Position numbers and translations under genes: made by a program. The notes beneath the pieces are model-generated. The model saw nothing but the letters and a program-made list of their open reading frames with translations, was not told the DNA's origin and ran no database searches. A stretch of DNA of 64,000 nucleotides from Chlorokybus atmophyticus (taxonomy: Eukaryota; Plantae; Mesostigma and Chlorokybus algae): assembly GCA_009103225.1 (NCBI GenBank), contig RHPI01000249.1, positions 184,348-248,347 on the forward strand, written 5' to 3'. Below are positions 25,601 to 37,751 of the stretch, piece by piece. Positions within the stretch are counted from its first letter, which is position 1; each line of letters opens with the position of its first letter.

Positions 25601-28600
25601 CAGCTATGAGGGTTGAAACCAATGTTATGCCTAGTGGGACTTGCTGCTACAAGCATACCATGCAATGCAACATGCTTCAACACTTGGCTGCATCGTTCAC
25701 ATGATGCTGTGTCGTGCAGTTTGTTGCTAAGACTTTCATGAAAGGGCGACACTTGTGTATCAAGGGCGTCCCCTTACCTTGCACAGTGTATATGATTGAC
25801 GTGGACACGTTGCTTGGAACCAGCAACTTCCCGCAAGTAATGGCCTGTAGAGCAGACACACATACACAACCAGGTGATGCATTGCCACATCGGGAGCAAG
25901 TGGTGGTACACACACACACACACACACACCGGATGGCACTCACCACCACTGATGCAGTCTCCGTCAGCGTGATGTTGGAGTTGGCCGCAGTCTCAAGCGC
26001 ACTGGACAGCACCATAATGTTTTACGACGCGTGTGTGGCGCGTGTGTGTGCTTACATGCGTGTGCAGTGGGAGAAACAAATTACTCACTTGGGTGTGGTT
26101 GTCTTGTCGCACGTGGGCACAGATGGCGTCTCGCCATCACGATAAACAGTGTATCTGCACAAGCAAGACCAAAGATCAAACCTCACTTGACGAACACGCA
26201 CACTCGCACACATGCACACGCACACAATCTCTACCTAATAGTGGCTCGGGCGCTTGCGGAGTAGACGGGCACACTCCGCACTCCCGACGACACGTCCACG
26301 CTCGCGTTGCCAAACGCCGGCGCAGCGGCTGTTTGCATAAGAATGTTGGGTGTGCTTCTTGCTTTCACATCGCTGTCATTGACATATAAACTGTACGACT
26401 CACCTTGCACATCAAAGTATAGGCCGGTATTGAGAGAGTCGGTCATGCCTTCCGCACGCAAACAACCTATCGCCTGGACACACAACAGCGCCAACTCATG
26501 CAACACAGCTCAAGCAAGATAGCTTTGTTGATTCTCGGAGATACAAAGATATACATGCACCCACACACCCACGTGCACGTGTGTGCGCACAAACACTCTT
26601 ACCTGTATCACGGAGGAGTTGTGCAGAGTGACAAGACCAGAAGCGTCCAACAAAACCCTGCAGTGAACAAATCCTCTTGAGACAACACTCCCAGCACAGC
26701 AACACTACTCACCACTCCCTCCCTCCCACCACTCACCCTTTACTCCCGTCACAATCCGGCGTGTACGCATACGGTATGTCCGGGTACGGCTGCAGCGTCT
26801 CGTAGACAGTGTAATAGATCTGTCCTGAAGCGAAGCGAGCATCCAAGTATAGTCTCACTGTGGCGGGGTCGAGGAGAGATATGGGCTGGAAGCGGGGGAC
26901 GTGGACTTGGGAGGCTGCAGGATGACAAGTGTATGTGTGCGTGTTTGTGGGTGTGGGTTTGTGAGTGGTACCACTAATATGTATCATACCGTCTGTGGTG
27001 AAGGGGCCTATTGTGGTGATGTTGCCCACGTTGCCGTACACATCGTTGGCGACGAGGTAGAGGGTGTATGTGGTCTCGGGGGTGAGGCCGCCCACGAGCG
27101 TGGGCGTTGGGGCACCCGATCCACCAACTGTACAACGCAAGGAGGCGTTAGGAGGTCCACTACACATCTCTCCACTATGTTGCAAGTATGCTTACACATG
27201 CACAACTTGGCATGATACAGATAGTGTCTGTTGATACGGGCACACAAGTGTGTGTTAAGTGTAGGACTGGTAGGTTGCTGGTACGCATGTACGCTTCGCA
27301 CAAACACGTTTGCTTGACACATGCACCCATGCATGCAATACACACATGCGTACACAGTACCACACACACCAACACATATACACATACACATAACTGTCCA
27401 AACTCGTGTACGTACCCAACGGAATATTTCCAAATGCCGTTGCGTTGCTGTGCCCGACGACGTCCATGAAGCTTTGCGGCATCGGTGTCGCGGTGCCGTT
27501 GGCGTACGCGGCGAACCAGACAAAGCCCGTCTCGTTCGTGTTTGCGAAGGATGCGGAGAGAGTGAAGTTGGTCGCGCGGATGGGAGGGGAGATGGAGACG
27601 GACAGGTGGGGAGGGGAGGTCACTACACATGTGTACGAGGTGTGTCACATGCGCATGCACAGTCTTCCTTACGTGCATGTACACACGCGTATACACATAT
27701 ACACGCGACACACATGTGCACGCGCACACAAAAGCACGTGTACAAAGCAACACGCGACACGCATGCACGCACGCACGCACGCACATACAAGATAATCTCA
27801 ACCAAACTCACCGTAGACATAAGTGAATGGCTCACTCGCCTCATTCCCATTCCCAACCGCATCCCTCACCGCATTCGCCACCACTCCCACCTGTATCCCT
27901 CCCGCCCCCTTATTCCCCACTCTCACCACCCACACCGTGCCGTTGCTCCCCGCATCCACCGTCACGTCGGTCACATTAGCGGCCCCGTTGCTGAAACCAA
28001 GCAACGTCGCGGGTGTGATTGAGAAAGAGGATGAGGTGAGGTTGGAGATGGACTCGGAGAAGAGGAGAGAGAGGAGGAGAGAGGGCTGGTTGGTGCCGGG
28101 GGGGAGGCCGTTGAGGGGGGAGAGGGAAGTGATTGACAACACGCGAGGCGGAGTTGAGTCTGAGGTACAGGAAATGTGTGTGTGAGTGGGTGGGTGGCCG
28201 TGTGCGTGCGTGCGTGCGCGCGTGCGTGTGCATGTACGCCTGCGTGCATGTGCGTCTCCCTGTTTGGATGTCTGCGTGTATGTGCGCATATGTGTATGTG
28301 CGTGTGTATCAGTCATCACGAGGTACGTATCAGTCCTCAAAACGTGATCAGGTCTGTGTGTACCGTAGTTGACCGTGAGCACGTTGCTGGGGTAGTTCTT
28401 GTTACCGACCGCATCCGTGACCGTTTGCGTGCGGAACTGCAGCGTAACCATGCCATCTTGCAAAGGCGTGACAGTAAAGGTCCACACCTACAATGGAGCC
28501 AACATCAAACATCGTTATGCCTTTCAGTCACACACACACGCACACACGCATCCCCCCTACCTGATTCGCCGTCACCATCGTATAGTTCCCGACGCTCGCT

Positions 28601-30756
28601 TCCCCGATAACACTCACGAGTCCCGGCCCGAACCCGTTGACCACCTCGCTGAAAGACACCGTCACGCCGAACGGCTGCCTCGCTTGATATGTATTTGCGA
28701 GCTTGGGAAGAGTGGTGTTGAGAGTCACACTGGGGGGCGTGTTATCTATCACACACAGAGAAGGTATGAGTGAGTATTGAGTGTGTGTGTGTGTGTGTGT
28801 GTGAGGGATGGGTGAGTGTGTCTTACCGTATATGTAGGTTAGGGTGTTGGAGGGCGTGCAAGCGTTGCCCACTTCGTCGTAGGCGCCGCCGGCGGGGATG
28901 CTGATGGGGATGAGGCCTTCAGTTCGTGGCGCAACTGTTATCTGATTCAGAGGAAGAGAGTGTATGCGCAATCAGCGTGTGCTACAAAGTGTGGATGTGT
29001 GTGTGCGCGTGCCTGTGCACGCGCGCGCGTGCCTGTGCCTGTGCCTGTGCAATTGTGGGTGAGTGTGCGCGTGCGCGTGTGTATGCATGCATGCCTGCAT
29101 GTGTGTGTACAAGTAGCTGTGGGCATCCGCAAAACAATAGCAGTACAACCCCCGAGTATCTGTCAGTGAACATTCTGCACCCACCTGCCAGTTGGTGCCA
29201 CCGTCCAACGTCTGCAACCGCGACACCGTTACGCCCGCCGGCATGCTCACACTATTGTTAGTAAACCTCGTGACGCTCTCTGAGAACGCCACCTACACCA
29301 CAACAACAACACGTTGGCCCAACCCGCCGCACACGTCCTCACCGACACAACTCACCCACAAACCCACATTCCACACGCACCTGCACCGTGAACAGCGACG
29401 CGGCCGCATAATACCCCGTACTCCCCACACTTTGCCCATTTACGGGACTCACCGCCACACTCGGCGCACTCGCATCATACGTGACATACACTACGTTGGA
29501 CTCTCTGTTCCCATTGCCCGCCTGATCGTACACCACCCCACTCCCGACCCTCACCACCACACTCATAGCACTCACACTCACGCTGACTAGCACGACATAT
29601 CTCGTCCCGTCTGGTTGGAGTGTGGCTGAACCAAGTGCCACGCCGGTGGTGGTTGTGATGACGGAGGAGGAGAAGGTGAACACGGGCTCGGAGAAGGAGA
29701 CGGTCAAGTTGAAGGGGAGGCGGGCGCCGAGGGTGGAGTCGGAGAGGAGGGGGAGGGAGGGGGCGGTGATGGTGCAGGTTGGGGAGATGAAGTCTGCGTG
29801 CGTGGGCGGGAGGTATCAGCGGTGCAGGGGTGGGTAGTGTGTGTGCCGGCATGTGCGTATGCGTGCGCGGATGCGTGCGCGCATGCAGGCGTGTGTGCGT
29901 ATGTGCGCGCGTGCATGTGTCTCTGGCGTGTGAATGTGTGTGCTCAAGCAAATCAAGTCGACACGCAGCATACAAATACAATACAATACAAATAACGTAT
30001 TCCAAGCGTTTAAACCAAAATTACCATAATCGACATTCACACAACACCAACACACGCACTCACAGCATCCCACACCACACACCCACAACTCACCCGATAG
30101 CGTCGTAAACGTCCCCTTGGTCACATACGCCGCGGTATGCGTCCCGTCCTTGGTCTGCGCCACAAAGTACCCCTCATACTTCACGCCTTGCTCCAACTCG
30201 CTCACTCCCCCCGTCGCATTGCTATTCGCCATGTTGACTTGTATACTTCCCGTAGGGTTGGCCACCACATAGGACGGGGTGGGTGGAGATGCGAGAGTGG
30301 ATGGGCGGAGGTAGAAGAGGACTGTCCCCGGGGAGGAGAGCTGCAGGGTGATGGAGACGGAAGAGAAGGAAGGGGAGAAGGAGGGAGTGGAGGAGAAGGA
30401 AGGGGAGACCGTGCCGGTGCCACCGGGGAGGACTGAGGGGGAGAGAGCCAATGTGTGTGCGTGCGTAGGTGCGTGCGTGAATCAAGCGATGACGCTGTGA
30501 AGTGTGGTGATTGACGTGCTTCCGGTACAGTGGTTGAGTAGGTCAAGCTTCTGTGATTCCATGATTCCACATGTTCGTCCACATTAGACATTGGACTCGT
30601 GGCTCAAGATGTTAAGTCGTGCACTCAGCTTGCATGTCCTCCCTCAAGTGCAAACTGTGCTTCCGCACATGCCATGTACTTGTGTACATACAGCAGTGGG
30701 CTCCCCCCTTTCATTATTCCCATGGTTAATCAACTCATCACCCCTCTCACTCACTT

Positions 30757-30789
<33 letters not shown>

Positions 30790-32461
30790 TTCCCACTCCC
30801 TACCTGCTGTAGACACATCCACGCGCGTGACGGTGCTCTGCACGTTCTCGGGATCCCCACCGTCACCAGTGACGAGGTAAACAGCATAGTCCGTGCCTGA
30901 ATCGGTTGTATGTATGCGTGAGCTCCAACACAACATACTATGCAACAACACCACTTGTCCACATGCGTACCTGCGCTGAGCTGCGGGCAGGCCTGGCAGA
31001 GCCGCGGCTGCGATGTGCCCTGACAGGCCTCGCCTGCGTCTGCCAAGCTCGCGATGGTCGTGGTCACCGTGTCGGCTGAGAAAAGAGGATAGGTGTGTTG
31101 GTTATGTGGGAGTTGGAGACGTGCTGTTATAGGTGCACGTGCATGAGTCGGTAAGGGAGGAAGGGAGTGGGTGAGTCTAGCTCATGTGCGGGGACGCACA
31201 TGCGCACGTGTATGTATGCGCGCACAAGTGTACACACGGACACATACGCAAACATTGATTGAACCGCATAGCATCGAACACACTGCATGAGGCATACAAC
31301 CAAGATTATGTGTCGTACACGCGTGTGACACCATAAACAAACGGATAACTCAGTGAGATCAGTGACTGAACGCTTGAAGTTGTACTGAGTGTTATTATTA
31401 TACGTTGTTGCCAGCTCCTCAACGCATGCATCCTCACCCGTCGTCACCGCAATCATCCCGCACGCCACCGGCACAGACCCGCTCCTCCCCGTATTCGCCA
31501 CAACCTAAACACGCAACCAACTTCACAACTCTCTCTTGCCCTCCCCCTCCCACAACCAACAACAACACCCCATTCCCACCAACAGCCACACCCACCTGTG
31601 CAGCATTAGGCGCCGCATCCCCCGCCCCCACCACGACGTAGTACACTCCCCCTGCGGCGGTCAGTCGCACCGCCAGGTCGAAGGAGGACGAGCGTGGGAG
31701 GGAGGCGGCGGGGGTGGGACCGGTGAAAGAGGGGGCGAGGGAGGCTGGGAATAAAGAGAGAGAGAGAGAGAGATGTGTAGTGTTGGGGTGAGGAGGGGGT
31801 CGCGGGGAGGNNNNNNNNNNNNNNNNNNNNNNNNNNNNNNNNNNNNNNNNNNNNNNNNNNNNNNNNNNNNNNNNNNNNNNNNNNNNNNNNNNNNNNNNNN
31901 NNNNNNNNNNNNNNNNNNNNNNNNNNNNNNNNNNNNNNNNNNNNNNNNNNNNNNNNNNNNNNNNNNNNNNNNNNNNNNNNNNNNNNNNNNNNNNNNNNNN
32001 NNNNNNNNNNNNNNNNNNNNNNNNNNNNNNNGGGGGGGGCTTACCGTCGAGGAGGTGACGGGCTCCGGTGATGCTGGGGTTGAGTAGTACGCGTCTCTGC
32101 AGTGTATGTGGGAGTGCGTTATGTGGGTATGTGCAGTTGGTGTTGTTACCAGGTGGTGTTGAGTGCGTGGTCTGTGTAGGTTATGTGATGCAATGATGCA
32201 TTGACCAAGGCAGTGGATGAGGACTGGTTTCATGTGCTGGATGTGAACCTTTGCACTGCATATGAGTGTGCTACAAGCAGCAAGTATGAGCAACTAACTA
32301 TATACGTGGTGTGTGTGTGTGTGTGTGTGTGCGTGTGTATACACACACACGCTACTATTCTGTATACACGCGCACACACACACACTTACCTGGGCATTGC
32401 AGGCGCCCAGCAGCAGTGTTAAACATACCACTGCTGATATCGCATCCCGGACCCTCGCCAT
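22619..32461 (-). CDS. Very large type-I single-pass cell-surface protein: signal peptide, Pro/Ser-rich segment, FN3-like modules, four bacterial-Ig-like modules, RRLL motif, Pro-rich stalk, Cys-rich TSP1-like module, TM helix, short basic tail
   Basis: ATG 32461 (MARVRDAISAVVCLTLLLGACNAQ). Ig-like units start D(F/A/N/S)xxPx and contain V(S/A)FSE...DxxGN. FN3-like GLTPETTYTLYLVANDVYGN. RRRRRLLQ at 24268-24291. TM VVGIAVGVTAGVLLLVAVLTILFF; stop at 22619. Two N-gaps fall inside. Confidence 0.8.
23403..23915. other. Assembly gap (Ns) within a Pro-rich exon of gene 7
   Basis: N run with poly-G flanks; the minus-strand flanks read PPPSPK... and ...PPVISS. Confidence 0.99.
31811..32031. other. Assembly gap (Ns) near the 5' end of gene 7
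   Basis: N run with poly-G flanks. Confidence 0.99.
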
Positions 32462-33421
32462 GGACGAAAGAAACGCACTCCACCTCACCCGAGCATGCAC
32501 AATTCCTCCTATCTCCTTCCTACTACTTGAACAAAGCCTCCCGCACTCTTACTCTTGCTCCTCGTACTACACGTCTATACAGTGTCTGTAGCAAACAGAC
32601 AAAGCAACACCTACACCTACACCAACACTTATGCCTACACTAGCATCAACACCTACAACTCCAACACTATGTCCGCCGCCAAGCCAACAGTTGGCGTGTG
32701 TGCACTCTAGCCTGTTTTATCTCTGTGGGGCTTGCTACCGTAACGCGCGCTGCGGACGGCGGGAGTTTCCCGCGGCAGGGCAAACAGCCATCACGTGACC
32801 CCAGCCTGCCAGCAGAAAGATACGATATCGACAATATTATTGCAGATATCACACATGGTCGCGATTTGTAAGCAACATGGATAATGACATTTTTGGCAGC
32901 TATATCACTTGATGCCGCCCGTTATCATTGTAGGCAGTTATATCCAAATTGGAAAGGAGAACACACAGTGCTGCATTGTCGTGTGCGCAGCCTGTCTGCC
33001 AGCTGTGCCACGCGGCCAGCGCGGCTGTCGCCGCCGACGCCGCCGCTGCTGCCAGCGACGACGCCAGCGACGACGGATCAGTCTGTGTACGTGTGGTTTG
33101 TTTTGTAGACTTGAGATCTAGGGGCAGAGAGACTCAGACGCTTAGACGCCCTCCTCAGGATCGAGCCAGGTGGCTTAATTTAGGTTCTTGTGGCCTGACC
33201 AGGCCAAACTAGACCGGGCCAGGCCAAGGCTAGGGTAGTTTTGTTCTTCAGAGGCTGTAGGCCTATAGCCTCTCAATTGCTTCTTCTCTTTTATGCGTGG
33301 GGGTTACGGAGCGAAGCGGCCTCTCTTTTCTGGAGGCGAGGGCGTGGGCGGTGGTAGGCGGGAGCTCCAGCAGCAGGTCATACGCACGCCTATCTTCAGG
33401 GGCGACAGGAGCCTTTTGCCA

Positions 33422-36400
33422 ATGTTTCGCCGACGGCAGGTGGATAAAACACATCAACAACTACAGGATTGATCCTTCTGGTTCTTATCATGAATGTAGG
33501 TTTGCAGCAGTGCAGCGCATCTGCACATATATCTGTGTGCAAATGCAATGCCTCCAGGAAGTCACAATCATTATTTATCTGCACAGTATTGATGCCTGAC
33601 TCTAGTGTATCGCTGCCTGCTTGATGTGACAGCTAAAGCTACACACAAGCCTTCCCAAATAATACCCCACAACAGCAGCCCTGCAAGAGACAGATCGCAC
33701 TTGGTTACCTTGTCACACACCTGCGCGATTTTTGACGTCACACTGCAGCCATCTTGGGCATTGCGTCTGTGCAAACAGATGTTGTTTGTCGCAATTGGTC
33801 AAGCCATGTACATTTTATCATGCCCAGCATTTTTCACAATGCCTGCGTGATCAGTGACAACCTGCGCCATTGCGCATCTGTTTGGGCATTGCTTGTCTAG
33901 AATGGGCGATGATTGCTCAAGCGCTCACACTCCACAACAGCATGTGGAAGCTGCCATTCTGAGTGACCTCACCAATGCCTGACACACAACGCAGTTCACT
34001 TATGACTTTCCTTGTTACCGCAGCAGGAAACCGTCGGTGAGCGGGTATTCCGCTACCGCGGTGTGATGCTCGTGTCACTCATCCCGCTGCTGCTGGTGGG
34101 ACTCGTTGTGGCGCTTATGCCCAGGTCGGGCACGCTGCCCAGCCGCTTCAACACCCTCAGCACAAAGACCAAGGCCGTCACCAAGGAGGCCACAAACATC
34201 TCACCCATAGCGTGAGTTGCACATAGATCTGTGACTTGCATGTAAAGTAGGTGGTTGACTCGCTCATTGATCAATTGTGTCTGCCAGTGAAGGCGAGGTG
34301 ATCGATCGTTATGGCGTGATATTCGATGCCGGGAGCACTGGCAGCCGCGTGCATGTCTTCAGATTCGACTCCAGCATGTCGCTGAAGGAGATCGGTGGTG
34401 CCCTTGAGTTGTTTGAGCAGGTATCCACAATACACTTTGATTAATTGAGGCATTGGTATCCAACAAGAACAAAAAGTAGCAGATTACTGAAGTTCAACAA
34501 TGTGCTTTATGCGCGCGTGTGCTTATGCATACGTGCGTCAAACTCACTCATTGCATGCATACACATGCGCGCGTGTGTGACTGTGCATGTACGTGTGCTT
34601 TATCAACACATCCACTCGCTGCGCTGCAGGTCAAGCCAGGATTGTCATCATTCGAGCCCAAGGAAGCCGCGGACTCCCTGCGTCCTCTTTTAGACAAGGC
34701 TGTGGAGGCTGTGCCCGAAGACCAGAGGGCCGCCACCAAGATCGCTCTGCGCGCTACAGCTGGGCTCCGGCTCCTCCCAGGAGACAAGGCTGAGGACATT
34801 CTCAAGGAGGTGGGCGGGTTCACATGTGCTCGTCGTAGCATCACACATGGTGTCAAGACTTAATCAATAACACTACCTTACTTCCTGGCAGGTCCGCAAC
34901 CTCTTCAAGGAGTACCCGTTCGACTTCAGCGACGACTCCGTGAGCATTCTGGATGGCGCCGATGAGGGAGCTTTCGCGTGGGTGACTGTCAACTTCTTGC
35001 TGGGCAGGCTGGGCGGGTCTTTTGAGGTATGAGCCCAATGGTGATGGTTTGCCATGTAGATGACTTTGCTGTTGGTAGCATAGCTGTGCAATGCGCATGG
35101 ACAATGTTGTTGTGTGTATAATCACACACAACTTCGTCCATGCGGTCTTAACACCAGTAGCATAGCATGTCATCCGATATTGTGTTCTTTGAGGACAAGC
35201 CCTGTACAGCTGATTTGTATTCGTGGATGCTGGCTAACGGCGAGTACTTTTGTTTGTGCGCAGAACACGGTTGGTGTGGTGGACTTGGGAGGAGGATCAG
35301 TGCAGATCACACACGCAGTCAGTGATGAGGCCGCAGCTGCCGCCCCTGATGGTTACATCCGCAAGTTGAGCGGCAATGGCAAGCAGTACAACGTCTACGT
35401 GCACAGGTGAGTACCCCATTCATACACACATGGCTGGTTGACACTGGGTTGCCCTTGAAAGCATGGATGATAATTCTCTCTTTGCTGCAGTTACTTAGGT
35501 TATGGGTTGATGGCGGCGCGTGCAGCCGTTCTCGCAGAGCATGCAGAAACGGACGGCCATGCGTGCCTGCCAAAGGGCTTCCAAGGCAACTACACCTACG
35601 CAAATAAGCTGTACAAGGCAATAAGCCGGTCTGTCGGCAGCACATTCAAGGTACAACCGCCTTGCTTTACTGTTAGCTTGTCGCCTGTCTGCCTGTACAC
35701 ACTTGCAGGCAGGCAGACGTACACGCACAAATGCTCTACCCTTTAGCACGACGCATTTCACACAACTCGGGGCTTGGTATACGCAAATGCTTGTGCAGTT
35801 AGATGGGTGTGTATGTTGCTATGTACACATCGCGTAGCAAGCTGGCAACATGAACAACTACTTATGAATGATTGAGGGTGTGTTCACTTGCAGCAGTCTA
35901 ACTGGTGCTTTTTAACAGGACTGCACGTCGATCGCGCTCGCAGCCTTGCACGTTGAGAAAGCATGTGAGGTTAAGGAGGCGTGCATGTTCAATGGTGTGT
36001 GGGGCCCCAAGGTCACTCCCACTGCCCAGTTCTACCTGGCGTCTTACTTCTCAGACCGCGCCACAGTGGTGAGTAGCGGTACATTCCTTACGTATATAAA
36101 GGTGTTGTGTTCGTGCCCGCAAGCACACTCAATCTGACACTGTGTTGCTCGTGTGCAGGTTGGTATTAAGGATGCCGATGATCCCACTTCCAGCGCTGCG
36201 GTGGCTGACTTCGTCCAGGCCGCGGAGAAGGCGTGCCTGTTGGGTCTTGAGGATGTTATCAAGGAGTACCCTACGTTGGACTCCGCGGACGTGCCTTTCC
36301 TCTGCCTGGACTTGGCTTACATCCATGCCCTCATAACCAAAGGCTTCAGTAAGTGTGACGTTCTACTTACTGAGGCGCCTGCATCTATTACATCGCATGC

Positions 36401-36600
36401 ATGATGTTGCAATCAATTTGGGAGTTTCTACTACTGTCGTCACTTGCATTGGTTTTTACTGATGTTGTCATTTATTTTCATCAGAGCTTAATGCGGAGGC
36501 CCCATTTACCCTTGTCAAGCGAATTATTTACCACGAGAAAGAGGTTGAGGCTGCGTGGCCACTAGGAGCGGTGATCAATGACTTGAGCCATATTAGTTGA
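33422..36600 (+). CDS. APY: Apyrase / NTPDase (GDA1-CD39 family), plant Golgi APY1/2-type with N-terminal anchor
   Basis: Apyrase conserved regions: [66 protein letters not shown]-terminal [26 protein letters not shown]. The first mini-exon MFRRRQ (33422-33439) is tentative. Confidence 0.95.
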
Positions 36601-37751
36601 GTGTCAACATTCATTTTGTATGCAATTAGGTTTAGTGTCTTATACAGACCATTCGTGTGGGTGCAGTAGCTTGCCCTGCATCCAGGTTGGTAAGCTTAGG
36701 TACCATTGTATTGCAGCTGGTGCTGCATGTAGACCATCTTAACTAACCAGCAATACCGCTGTCTGCGGGACGGCAGGCCAGTCATTGAGGTGATATATTT
36801 GTGCTATTTTTTCAGTTTGGCATTTGATCACTGCAGTGCATGCTTGGACATGTGCACACATCGACACGTACATAGCTACCGTAAGATGGTGCTTGAGACA
36901 GTGTTGGAGAGCTGCAGGTTCGTGGCTCACTGTACTGCCTCTATTTAATCACTACGCATGTCAGCAGTATCGTGTTGCACAGTCCTGTTTGCGATGATTG
37001 TGCTGTTAGTAGAGAAATAAACCTGTTTACGCTGCTTGGTGCCGCACATCACGTGGTGTCCGGGCTTTTAGCAGGCAGCTGTGCCGCTGGATTGCTGTAA
37101 CTGTTTCGGTAGCACATCAATTGCATCATGTGATAAACCTTGCTCGCACTGCCACTCACCATTTGGTACATAATGACGAGTTCTATTGCAGCTTACACCA
37201 AGCAAAGTATGTGGTGAGCTGGGAGTTGTCGTAAAATCACATAAGGGCATTCTAGCTGATGGGTTGGTCAGATTGGGCGACACAGAGCAGAACAAGCGTT
37301 AGGAAGTACAGAAACTGTATATCACTTGTAGGCAACCCATGTGCAGGCATAAAATGTATGCAAATGTTCGCTTCCACCATTTGGCGGTTGTCTGCACGCG
37401 ACACCAAGTTCTGCAAGTGTGGGGAGCCTCAGCATGAGCAGCGTGGAGATGGGGAGAGGAGGGGGGCTGCACCTACAGAGCAGCATCAAAGACAGGGAGA
37501 AACATGCCAAGTCAGGTGTCCTCTTCAGCTAGGTAGTTCATGTTTGAATGCAATGGTTATTGCGGTTGAGGCACAGGCCAGGCATGGGCACGCAGTCACT
37601 GATTGTTCTTGTGAGCGAATGAGTGGATTAGAAAATGTATGACATTGTCAGGTGTGCACCAAGTTGTTGATTGCATGATCGCATCCCAACATTCAGAGCT
37701 GCCGACTGGCAGGTGACAGAGGTTGCAGGTCAGGCTCCCGTTCAATTCAGC

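Noticed and set aside
33190-33235. GGCC-rich mini-palindromes (TGGCCTG-AC-CAGGCCA) resembling the cluster at 54090
   Set aside because: Too short and too low in complexity to support a shared element without a genome-wide search.
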